Of a stretch of 64,000 bases of DNA, positions 48,390-56,465 are shown piece by piece; positions within the stretch are counted from its first letter, which is position 1, and each line of letters begins with the position of its first letter. The translations under genes and the position numbers were made by a program. Origin of the DNA: an uncultured Caldisericales bacterium (GTDB lineage Bacteria; Caldisericota; Caldisericia; JAAYUI01); NCBI GenBank assembly GCA_964639885.1, contig CAZXEH010000002.1:88425-152424 (forward strand), given 5' to 3'. The notes under the pieces were generated by a model that worked only from the letters and a program-made list of their open reading frames with translations, ran no database searches and was not told the DNA's origin.

Positions 48390-49199
48390 ATGACTTTAAA
48401 TTCAATTCTTATGGCTGTTTTGTGGATGATTCCGTTTGTTTTCATGCTCATGATTGGTCAATGGGGTCTGATCAGCGCTGATCCAAAGTTCATCACTGAT
48501 TATTCCAACATCGTGACAACCCTGACTGTTTGGATTTCGGCAGCGTTATGTTTTGTAACCTCTACTGTCTATAGCTGGGTTGATCTGAACAGGAAAGCCT
48601 GGCTTTTCATAGGTCTGGGGCTGGTCTCCTGGAGCATAGGAAACGTATTTCTTTCATGGGCTGACGGACTGTTTTCAATTACAGAAGCAACCGCAAACGC
48701 ACTCCCGAATATTTATGATTTCTTCTTCATCATCTCAATTCCATTGATCATAGTTGGATTCTACAATCTTAACAAATCAATGAGGGTGCCGATTCCACTT
48801 TATGGCTGGATCATCGGTGGTGTCGTCCTTATTGGCTCTTTGGTTGTTTCAGCCATGATTAACTGGAGCCTTCTGTTCCCTGCAGACTCTGCGAATATGC
48901 TTGCAACAGACAGGTTTATTTTCGCTCTGCTTTACGCGATTCTTTACCCACTGATGCTTTCCTACGCAGTGACAATGGCTTCAACTCTATTTTCAGGTAT
49001 GCTTGGCCGCCCCTGGATCCTTGTTCTTGTTGGTTTTGTTGTCTACAGCACCGGTGAAATCATCTGGAACCTCATTACCCATCCCAACGTCAACATTTAC
49101 GTTGTTGGTGGATATTTCGATCTTTTCTGGCTTGTCGGGTTCATGATCATCGGCATCGGTGCCTACATGAACTATTATATGGTCAAAAATCCTTATTGA
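48390..49199 (+). CDS. Polytopic membrane protein resembling a stand-alone sensor domain
   Basis: About 8 TM helices; two similar halves (AWLFIGLGL..W.IG...DFFF and PWILVLVGF..Y..G...DLFW); no cytoplasmic output domain. Confidence 0.7.
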   Translation: MTLNSILMAVLWMIPFVFMLMIGQWGLISADPKFITDYSNIVTTLTVWISAALCFVTSTVYSWVDLNRKAWLFIGLGLVSWSIGNVFLSWADGLFSITEATANALPNIYDFFFIISIPLIIVGFYNLNKSMRVPIPLYGWIIGGVVLIGSLVVSAMINWSLLFPADSANMLATDRFIFALLYAILYPLMLSYAVTMASTLFSGMLGRPWILVLVGFVVYSTGEIIWNLITHPNVNIYVVGGYFDLFWLVGFMIIGIGAYMNYYMVKNPY

Positions 49200-49216
49200 T
49201 TCCAATTTTCAACCTC

Positions 49217-49244
49217 ACTGCCCCAGTCGATCGACTGGGGCAGT
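49217..49244 (+). terminator. Perfect 28-bp palindrome, likely terminator
   Basis: ACTGCCCCAGTCGATCGACTGGGGCAGT followed by TGCATTTTT. Confidence 0.7.
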
Positions 49245-49343
49245 TGCATTTTTGTGTCAATAAGAAGAAACCTTCTATTGCAAATAATTTGTTTTAGGTC
49301 AATGCTTGATTTTTTTCACAAATTCATTATTATTGGCAGTCCA

Positions 49344-50228
49344 ATGAGACAACTTACAAAAGAACAGGAAATAAGAAGGATAACACTAATAGGGATCTGT
49401 GTGAACCTTGTGTTGACGGCATCAAAAATACTCGGCGGTCTGTTTGGGGGGTCATCGGCTCTGTTTACAGATGGATTTCACTCCATGACGGACCTCAGCT
49501 CAGATTTCATAGTGCTGTTCGGCCTGAAGTACTGGATGAGGCCGGCTGATGAAAACCACCCACATGGCCATAAAAGGCTTGAAACCGTTGTTACGGTCAT
49601 CATCGGCGTAATGCTCGCCTCAATCGGCATCACCCTCGGCTACAATTCCGTAATTGACCTGATAGCGGGCAACTCAAGACAGGCCGACTGGATTACATTT
49701 GGCATCGCCTGTCTGGCTATCGTCACAAAGGAAGCAATGGCCAGATGGTCTGTCAGCGTTGGCACAAGACTGAATTCAAAAGCAGTCCTCGCAAACTCAT
49801 GGGATCAAAGATCGGATGCCCTTGGCGCAATCCCTGTAGCAATCTCAATTCTTCTTGTAAGAATCAATCCGAAACTCTGGTGGATAGACCAGACAGCAGC
49901 CATTCTAGTCTGTATTCTGATTTTGAGGGCAGCTGTTAACATTGTCTGGCCATCGCTCAAGGAACTAATTGACACGGGCGCGAACAAGGAAACCAGAGAG
50001 AAAATCAAATCTATCATTTCAGAGACTCCAGGAGTCCTGTCGATTCACAAGCTCAGAACGCGTTATCTAAGCGGTGACCTTGACCTGACATGCCACATCC
50101 AGGTTGACCCCAAAATGACCGTAATGGAAAGCCACAACATCACTGGCAAAATAAAACAGAGACTCATCGAGTCAGGCCTGAACCTCCACGACACAAACAT
50201 TCACGTCGAGCCTTACGAGCAGAAATAA
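49344..50228 (+). CDS. Cation diffusion facilitator transporter
   Basis: DGFHSMTD, HPHGH.RLE, DQRSDA, IHVEP; start re-set to ATG 49344. Confidence 0.92.
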   Translation: MRQLTKEQEIRRITLIGICVNLVLTASKILGGLFGGSSALFTDGFHSMTDLSSDFIVLFGLKYWMRPADENHPHGHKRLETVVTVIIGVMLASIGITLGYNSVIDLIAGNSRQADWITFGIACLAIVTKEAMARWSVSVGTRLNSKAVLANSWDQRSDALGAIPVAISILLVRINPKLWWIDQTAAILVCILILRAAVNIVWPSLKELIDTGANKETREKIKSIISETPGVLSIHKLRTRYLSGDLDLTCHIQVDPKMTVMESHNITGKIKQRLIESGLNLHDTNIHVEPYEQK

Positions 50229-50254
50229 AAAAAGACCCGCCGAAAGACGGGTCT
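50227..50254 (-). terminator. Intrinsic terminator after hcp
   Basis: AGACCCG/CGGGTCT stem with A-run on plus strand (U-tract on minus). Confidence 0.7.
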
Positions 50255-50270
50255 ACAAAATAGGACTTTT

Positions 50271-51905
50271 TTAGCCGAGTATCTCTTTCAAATCCATATC
50301 AGGTGTTGTAATCATTTTCAGACCGAGTTTTCCCCTGAGCACCTCAAAGACCGCTTCCTTGATTGGAGCTGGCGCAGTTGGGCCAATTCTTATGTTTTTG
50401 ATTCCAAGCGAGAGAAGGGTGAGAAGAACGCAGATTGCTTTCTGCTCATACCAAGAGAGAACCAGTGATAGTGGCAAGTTGTTGACATCTGTCCCAAGTT
50501 TTTGAGCAAGTGTGACAGCGAACATGATTGCCGAGTACGAATCATTACATTGGCCGCAATCCAGTAGCCTTGGAAGTCCTTCAATGTTTCCAAAATCTAG
50601 CTTGTTGAATCTGTACTTTCCGCAGGCACAGGTCAGGATGACGCAATCTTTCGGCACCTTTTGTGCGAACTCAGTATAGTAGTTCCTGCCTGGTTTTGCT
50701 CCATCGCAACCACCGACGAGAAATGCGTGCCTCAACTTTCCGGCCTTCACTAGTTCGATAACGGCATCGGCACTTGAAATGAGCGTATCTTTTCCAAACC
50801 CGATCATTATCGTCTTCTCATCAAGATCAGAAAGATACCCCTGGGACTTTACAGCTGATTCAATAACCTCGGAAAAATCACGATTATTGACGTGTCTGAT
50901 ACCAGGAAAACCCACTTCATTCATGGTAAAAAGCCTGTCCTGATAAGACGGTCTTGGCTTCATAAGACAGTTTGTCGTCAAAACAATCGACCCAGGAAAT
51001 TCGCCAAATTCCGACTGCTGGTTTTGCCAGGCTGAACCGAAGTTTCCAGCGAGGTGTTTGAATTTCTTCAACTCAGGATAGGCGTTTGCAGGCAGCATTT
51101 CCCCATGCGTGTAAACGTTGATGTCTTTTCCTTCAGTCTGTTTGAGGAGTTCGCGCAGGTCAGCAAGGTCGTGACCTGAAATCAGGATGCACTTGCCTTT
51201 GATCGGTGTAATCCTTACTTTTGTCGGTTCTGGTTTGCCAAACTTGCAGTTTGCTTCGTTAAGCAATTCCATCACTCTGAGATTCAACTTGCCAACAAAC
51301 ATGGCCATGTCAAATAATTCATCGATTGTTCTCGATGTGTCGCTCAGAAAATCAAGAACTTCATGGAATCCTGCATAGACTTCGTCATTTTCGACACCAT
51401 TCAATCTTGCGTGATCTGCATAGGCTGCAACACCCTTCAGGCCGTAAAGCACGAAGTGGTACAGGCCGGCAGCTGTTTCGCCCATTTTTTCAATGTCTTT
51501 CGTGAAGATGAATCTTTCCCCTTCAGACTCCAAAAAACGTTTGTCATGTCTGAATTCCCAACCTGAGTCAAGGTTGATCCCTTCAATGTTGCCAGTTCTT
51601 GAAAAATACTCTTCTTTCAGCTTCTTCTCGCAATCTTTCGCCTCCATGAGCAATTCTACAAAGCGATTTTCATCAAAGTTCACGTTTGTGATGGTTGCAA
51701 ACAGGGCTCTTACCGTGAAAACATCGCAACCATAAATATGGCAGCCGGTCTTGGCAAGCCTGTGGGCCAGCGTCGAGTTGAATCTTAGAGCATGAAGAAG
51801 CATATCCATCAGAGCTGAAACCTGCGGATCCTTGCTGCAAACTCCAATCTTTGTACATCCGGTTCCCTTCATCGTCTGCTCACACTGGTAACAAAACATG
51901 TCCAT
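50271..51905 (-). CDS. hcp: Hybrid cluster protein (hydroxylamine/NO reductase)
   Basis: MFCYQCEQT...CTKIGVC, GHDL, TTNCL, VGGCDG, SWYEQKA; start at 51905 or 51899. Confidence 0.96.
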   Translation of the reverse strand: MDMFCYQCEQTMKGTGCTKIGVCSKDPQVSALMDMLLHALRFNSTLAHRLAKTGCHIYGCDVFTVRALFATITNVNFDENRFVELLMEAKDCEKKLKEEYFSRTGNIEGINLDSGWEFRHDKRFLESEGERFIFTKDIEKMGETAAGLYHFVLYGLKGVAAYADHARLNGVENDEVYAGFHEVLDFLSDTSRTIDELFDMAMFVGKLNLRVMELLNEANCKFGKPEPTKVRITPIKGKCILISGHDLADLRELLKQTEGKDINVYTHGEMLPANAYPELKKFKHLAGNFGSAWQNQQSEFGEFPGSIVLTTNCLMKPRPSYQDRLFTMNEVGFPGIRHVNNRDFSEVIESAVKSQGYLSDLDEKTIMIGFGKDTLISSADAVIELVKAGKLRHAFLVGGCDGAKPGRNYYTEFAQKVPKDCVILTCACGKYRFNKLDFGNIEGLPRLLDCGQCNDSYSAIMFAVTLAQKLGTDVNNLPLSLVLSWYEQKAICVLLTLLSLGIKNIRIGPTAPAPIKEAVFEVLRGKLGLKMITTPDMDLKEILG

Positions 51906-52075
51906 AAATTCCATCCTTTCATTGCCAATGGTTATGTGCTCGTTTAATTGTACCAGGAATTCGTCGAATTCAATACGATAAGAAAATTTAAAAAACCAAT
52001 GTCTTAGAAAATAATAATCCGACTTTTTTGGTGGGTTGGAATCTCTGAACTCCAACCCTATTGCCACGATTTATG

Positions 52076-52891
52076 TTACATTCTTTCGCCGTTAAGCGAA
52101 ATTTTTGTGAGCGTCAGAGGGATGTTCTTCCCTGAATTTGCCAGAGCCGACCTTACAATCTGCACGAGACCGTTGCAACAAGGAACTTCCATATATGCAA
52201 CTTCGACTGAATTGATGTTGTTCATTTTGAACATCTGGGTCAGTTTTTCGAGGTAAATCTCGGCGTTGTCCAGTTTTGGGCAAGCAATGGTCAGAACCCT
52301 GTCCGGCAGAAGATCGAGATGGAAATCGGCTTTTGTATAGGCGACACAGTCAGCGGCAATAAGTAGATCAGAGTTCTGAAGGTATGGGGCATTCGGTGGC
52401 ATCAACATCAGCTGAACCGGCCAGTTTACTAGGGCAGAAGCAATTGAAATTCCACCTTTTCTTGGCTTGACTGACTGCTGGGGCTGGCTCTGGGACAAAT
52501 TTTTAACGGCTGAACCAGGGCATCCGCAAGCAAGTTTTTCTGGCATACCGTGTCCACCTTCGCAATGATGCTCATGATCATGGTGTTCATGGTGATGATG
52601 ATCGTGATGGTGCTCATGATGGTGGCCATGATGATCTTCAGGGTTATAATGCTCGTGAGGGCCAACCTCTGGATTGCCAAATCCGTTGTAATCTTCGGCT
52701 TCCCTTTCGATTATTTTTATGGCGTCGACAGGACAGTCACCGATACAGGCACCAAGACCGTCGCAATAGGAATCGGTGACAAGCTTTGCCTTGCCATTTA
52801 TCATCTTTATTGCACCTTCGGCGCAGGCATTTGCACACTGTCCGCAGCCATTACATTTTTCTTCATCTATCTGGATGATTTTTCTCAGCAT
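52076..52891 (-). CDS. Ferredoxin-domain Fe-S protein with His-rich linker
   Basis: CNGCGQC..AC, CDGLGACIGDCP, His tract, GCPGS, NWPVQL, ACPKLD, MEVPCC. Confidence 0.85.
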   Translation of the reverse strand: MLRKIIQIDEEKCNGCGQCANACAEGAIKMINGKAKLVTDSYCDGLGACIGDCPVDAIKIIEREAEDYNGFGNPEVGPHEHYNPEDHHGHHHEHHHDHHHHEHHDHEHHCEGGHGMPEKLACGCPGSAVKNLSQSQPQQSVKPRKGGISIASALVNWPVQLMLMPPNAPYLQNSDLLIAADCVAYTKADFHLDLLPDRVLTIACPKLDNAEIYLEKLTQMFKMNNINSVEVAYMEVPCCNGLVQIVRSALANSGKNIPLTLTKISLNGERM

Positions 52892-53301
52892 TTGTCTCCT
52901 TGTGGTTTTGTGAACGCTTTGAGGGTTGTTCCTGAAAGAAACTTGCAGAACTTGTCATTGAGATCATTGAGCACTCCCCTGAAAAGGCAGATATCAAACA
53001 CGCAATTCTGCTTTCCGTAGGCACACGGGTTGCTATCAATGCGCCCTTCTATCGATTCGTATATGTCCAAAAGAGTGATTTTTTCAGAATCCTTTGCAAG
53101 CATGAATCCACCCTCTGGTCCGCGGGTGGATTTGACCAGGCCATCCTTTGCAAGGCGCTGCATGATCTTGCTCAAATGGAACTCTGACGAATCGGTTTTT
53201 TGTGCAAGCTCCTTTATGCTCATCTTGTCGCCATGTATGGCAAGAACAGAGAGGGCATGGAACCCGATATAGCTTGCTTCGCTTAGGTTTATAAGTCTCA
53301 T
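52885..53301 (-). CDS. Rrf2-family transcriptional regulator
   Basis: HLSKIMQRL...VKSTRGPEGGF, LLDIYESIEG, Cys-x5-Cys-x4-Cys. Confidence 0.92.
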   Translation of the reverse strand: MRLINLSEASYIGFHALSVLAIHGDKMSIKELAQKTDSSEFHLSKIMQRLAKDGLVKSTRGPEGGFMLAKDSEKITLLDIYESIEGRIDSNPCAYGKQNCVFDICLFRGVLNDLNDKFCKFLSGTTLKAFTKPQGDKC

Positions 53302-53307
53302 ATACGC

Positions 53308-53336
53308 ATTCTAGTATTCTTATGCTTAAATTACAA
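53308..53336 (-). promoter_or_regulatory. Promoter of rrf2 operon (probably leaderless)
   Basis: TTGTAA-N17-TAGAAT ending 6 nt before ATG; no SD. Confidence 0.65.
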
Positions 53337-53467
53337 TTAAATACCATGATCCCACACTTGACAGCATGTTATAATTTATGTCATGTTGAAAGCTTATTTA
53401 ATTCAAATGCTTTCAAGTTTTCGGTAATGGGTATCATACACGTAACTATACAAAAAATGGAGGAATT

Positions 53468-53872
53468 ATGAGCATCAACGCAGTATTGGGTATTGTCACC
53501 TGGATCCTTCTTCTCTTGACCGCTCTTCATAGCATGTTCCTGAGAAAGAAGCTTGGAGCAGGATTCATGTCGCTCCATGTCTTAGACATTATTTTCACGC
53601 TTGGTTTTGCAACCATTCACGGAGTGCTTATCCTTAATGGTATCATCTCCAGCGGCAGACCGGTAATGACCGGAGCTCTTCTCGGAATACTCACCTGGAG
53701 CCTTGTTTTTTTGACATTTCTCTTTGGAATCTTCAGGAAACCACTTGCTTCAGCTCTGAAAAAAGCCTACATGACAGTCCACATCACCCTCGGAATTCTT
53801 GCTTTCCTGATGGCAACCACTCACGGCGGTTTCATGCTTTACAGCTTCCTTAACAGGCCACCGAAATTATAA
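53468..53872 (+). CDS. Four-TM membrane protein with paired His (cytochrome b-like)
   Basis: GGAGG SD; two repeats of LGI.TW...H-x13-HG. Confidence 0.7.
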   Translation: MSINAVLGIVTWILLLLTALHSMFLRKKLGAGFMSLHVLDIIFTLGFATIHGVLILNGIISSGRPVMTGALLGILTWSLVFLTFLFGIFRKPLASALKKAYMTVHITLGILAFLMATTHGGFMLYSFLNRPPKL

Positions 53873-53876
53873 TCTC

Positions 53877-53915
53877 TTTAGAAAAGACCCCTGGATTCCA
53901 GGGGTCTTTTCTAAA
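53877..53915. terminator. Bidirectional terminator
   Basis: TTTAGAAAAGACCCCTGGA-T-TCCAGGGGTCTTTTCTAAA between convergent genes. Confidence 0.88.
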
Positions 53916-53925
53916 TTATATTGAA

Positions 53926-54267
53926 TTAACCGTTACCTTTGGGATCGTTGCCATACGATCTCCGATCAGAAATTTTTCCATTTTTGTTATGGATAACCAG
54001 TTCTGCATGAAGTTCTTTTGCCACTCTTCTTGCCTCTTTCAAAGCAATATCCTTCGTACTGAACTCGACTAAAATTTCATTTTTTTCTCTGTCTTTTGCT
54101 CGCCAAGTATTGTCATTATGTACTAAATCTATAAATGGTGTTTTTTTGGTTTTGATTACATTTTTTGTTCCAACCATCTTCTTCGCCGGTTCTGTTTTCG
54201 TCACTGACTTTGTCTGATTCTTATCTCCAGCTTTTGCCGTCTTCGATTCTGGTTTTTTAGTCATCAT
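53926..54267 (-). CDS. DUF2188-domain protein with Lys-rich N-terminal tail
   Basis: W...FSTKDIALKEAR..A...ELVIHNKNGKI..R.SYGNDP; GGAGG SD. Confidence 0.8.
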   Translation of the reverse strand: MMTKKPESKTAKAGDKNQTKSVTKTEPAKKMVGTKNVIKTKKTPFIDLVHNDNTWRAKDREKNEILVEFSTKDIALKEARRVAKELHAELVIHNKNGKISDRRSYGNDPKGNG

Positions 54268-54478
54268 GCACCTCCACAAATAATTGTGCGCTATTAGGTG
54301 ATTCTGTCAAAAACAGCAATATTTGGAATTTACACCGGTATTTTCAAATGTCGTACTATATTTGATTGAAGATTTCGGGTTTTGTTAATCAGAAGGAAAA
54401 AAGTAGGATATATCATTATAACAGAATAATACGAAAAGATTTTTGGGTATTATTTGGAAATCAGCTCCCAGAAATGAC

Positions 54479-54553
54479 TGGCTCCCCGACGAGGATTCGA
54501 ACCTCGAACCTACTGGTTAACAGCCAGCCGCTCTACCGTTGAGCTATCGGGGA
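54479..54553 (-). tRNA. tRNA-Asn (GTT)
   Basis: TCCCCGA...CTGTTAA...GTTCGAATCC...TCGGGGA-G-CCA cloverleaf. Confidence 0.96.
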
Positions 54554-54566
54554 ACAACGTTTTGAC

Positions 54567-54594
54567 AGTATAATTAAGCTCGTTTGCCTGTCAA
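54567..54594 (-). promoter_or_regulatory. tRNA-Asn promoter
   Basis: TTGACA-N16-TATACT. Confidence 0.7.
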
Positions 54595-54599
54595 GCAAA

Positions 54600-55310
54600 T
54601 CAACTTGAAGGGTCAAAAGAGTAGCCAATTTTGTGAATTGTTCGGATTATCGAGACCGAGAATGGCTTTTCTTCGATCTTCTTTCTTAACTTGTTCACGT
54701 GTACGTCGACTGTTCTGCAGTCGAGCAGTGATTTCTTTTTCCATATTTTTGTGAAGAGCTCTTCTCTGGTGAAGACTCTTCCGGGATTACACATTAGCAG
54801 CCAGAGCAGTTCAAACTCCTTGACTGTCAGATGAATACGCTTGTTGTTTTTGATCACCGAGTGAGCTTTGGAATCAACGATCATGTCATCGTATACAATT
54901 TCTTCCTTTGGCTTTGTCGGTGCCGAGAGATAGTGGCATCTCCTGATCAGGCCCCTGATTCTGGCAATGAGCTCATTTAACGAGAACGGTTTTGTCAGGT
55001 AGTCGTCGGCTCCTGAGGCTATGCCGAGAACCTTGTCAACTTCGGAATTCTTGGCCGTGAGCATGAGGATTGGCAAGTTTGAACGCTTGCGTATTTGCCG
55101 ACAGATTTCTATGCCATCCATGTCGGAGAGCATCAGGTCCAAGATCATAAGGTCGGGTTCATGCTGATTAAATTTGTTTATTCCATCGTTGCCGGTATCG
55201 GAATGAATAACCTCAAAACCTTCTGATTTCAGGCGGAGTTCAACGAGACGTGCAATTTCTTTATCGTCTTCGATGAGCAGAATTCTGTTGTGTGATTCTT
55301 TCTCCTTCAT
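54600..55310 (-). CDS. OmpR/PhoB-family response regulator (no adjacent kinase)
   Basis: LLIEDD, LDLML, MLTAK, DDYLTKPF, wHTH with RTVDVHVNKLR. Confidence 0.95.
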   Translation of the reverse strand: MKEKESHNRILLIEDDKEIARLVELRLKSEGFEVIHSDTGNDGINKFNQHEPDLMILDLMLSDMDGIEICRQIRKRSNLPILMLTAKNSEVDKVLGIASGADDYLTKPFSLNELIARIRGLIRRCHYLSAPTKPKEEIVYDDMIVDSKAHSVIKNNKRIHLTVKEFELLWLLMCNPGRVFTREELFTKIWKKKSLLDCRTVDVHVNKLRKKIEEKPFSVSIIRTIHKIGYSFDPSS

Positions 55311-55435
55311 AAATATAAATCTATTATCAATTCAAAACTTGTCAAGGGTTAAAAAAATGTTACCTACCACAAATTTGCTTGATATGTTATAATACGGGTG
55401 CTAGACTTTCGAATTCAGTATCAAGGAGGTAATGA

Positions 55436-55981
55436 ATGCGTATACAGGTAACAGGAAAGAACACCACCATTACTGACGAATTGAGCATTTACGCGCAGGA
55501 AAAGATCGGAAAGCTGGAAAGGTATTTTGATGGAATTCAGGATGCGCAAGTTCTGTTTTCAGAACAAAGGAACATAAGGGTCTGTGAAGTCACCTTGAAG
55601 GCATCCGGAAAGATAATCAGGGCCGAATATAAAGGCCAGGATTTCAGGGAAGCCATCGACTTCGTCGCTGAAAAACTTGAAAGGCAGATAAGGAAATTCC
55701 ACGACAAATTCAAGGAGAGAAGGAAAGAAGCACTCAGCACAAAGGAAGGGATGATGGAGCCACCACCGGCTTTCATCGAGCCTGAAGAGTTTGAAATTCC
55801 AAAGATCGTCAGAGTCAAAGAGGTTTCAGTCAAATCAATGACCTACGACGAAGCCATGATGCAGATGGAACTCCTATCCCATGACTTCTTCGTTTTCTTC
55901 AACCACGAGACCGACAAGATCAACGTCCTGTACAGAAGGAAAGACGGTGACTACGGTATTCTCGAACCGATAAAAGCATGA
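55436..55981 (+). CDS. hpf: Ribosome hibernation promoting factor (long HPF)
   Basis: IQVTGKN, AIDFVAEKLERQIRK, EAMMQMELLSHDFFVF, YRRKDGDYG. Confidence 0.95.
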   Translation: MRIQVTGKNTTITDELSIYAQEKIGKLERYFDGIQDAQVLFSEQRNIRVCEVTLKASGKIIRAEYKGQDFREAIDFVAEKLERQIRKFHDKFKERRKEALSTKEGMMEPPPAFIEPEEFEIPKIVRVKEVSVKSMTYDEAMMQMELLSHDFFVFFNHETDKINVLYRRKDGDYGILEPIKA

Positions 55982-56460
55982 GGAAACTGAATTTCTGGGA
56001 CTGGGTGGCTATCGGAGCCGCTGCAGTCATAGTGGCTCTTTTGGGCTTCAGTGTTTACGCCAAGGCCACAGAAGAGAAGGCCAAGCCAATCACCATCATG
56101 GTGAAGGCAGGAAACCTTGAACCTGAAGTGGCTGACTCAATCAACGTCGGTGACCTCATCGTCGACAGGGATGGACGAGCCTACTTCAGGATCACCGAAA
56201 TCGTGGAAAACCGCCAGGCAAAACAGGCCGTTGTAACATGGGACAGCAAGCTGACATCGGCAGAAAACCCTGAACAGAAGTCTGTCATCTTCGAAGCTGT
56301 CTCTGTCAATCCAAAGTTCAAGGGTTCAAGCCTGTTCTACAACTGGGAACTGGTCAAGCCTGGCCGAAAAATCTACATGGAAACAACAAAAACCGGCTTC
56401 TTCGGGATCATAGTGAGCATCGGTGACCTGGAAAAACAAGGGCCGGCAAAGGAAGAGTAG
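55978..56460 (+). CDS. Membrane-anchored hypothetical protein (DUF4330-like)
   Basis: N-terminal NFWDW plus TM helix; ATGA overlap with hpf. Confidence 0.6.
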   Translation: MRKLNFWDWVAIGAAAVIVALLGFSVYAKATEEKAKPITIMVKAGNLEPEVADSINVGDLIVDRDGRAYFRITEIVENRQAKQAVVTWDSKLTSAENPEQKSVIFEAVSVNPKFKGSSLFYNWELVKPGRKIYMETTKTGFFGIIVSIGDLEKQGPAKEE

Positions 56461-56465
56461 CAAAT

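Noticed and set aside
54400-54430. dif-like site (…GTAGGAT-ATATCA-TTATAACAG…)
   Set aside because: Weak match to the XerD arm and no supporting context.
38203-55436. Replication origin suggested by the switch from minus- to plus-strand genes
   Set aside because: No DnaA-box cluster in the intergenic regions; a spot check of secA showed the plus strand still C-rich, suggesting no skew inversion. A cumulative GC-skew plot would settle it.
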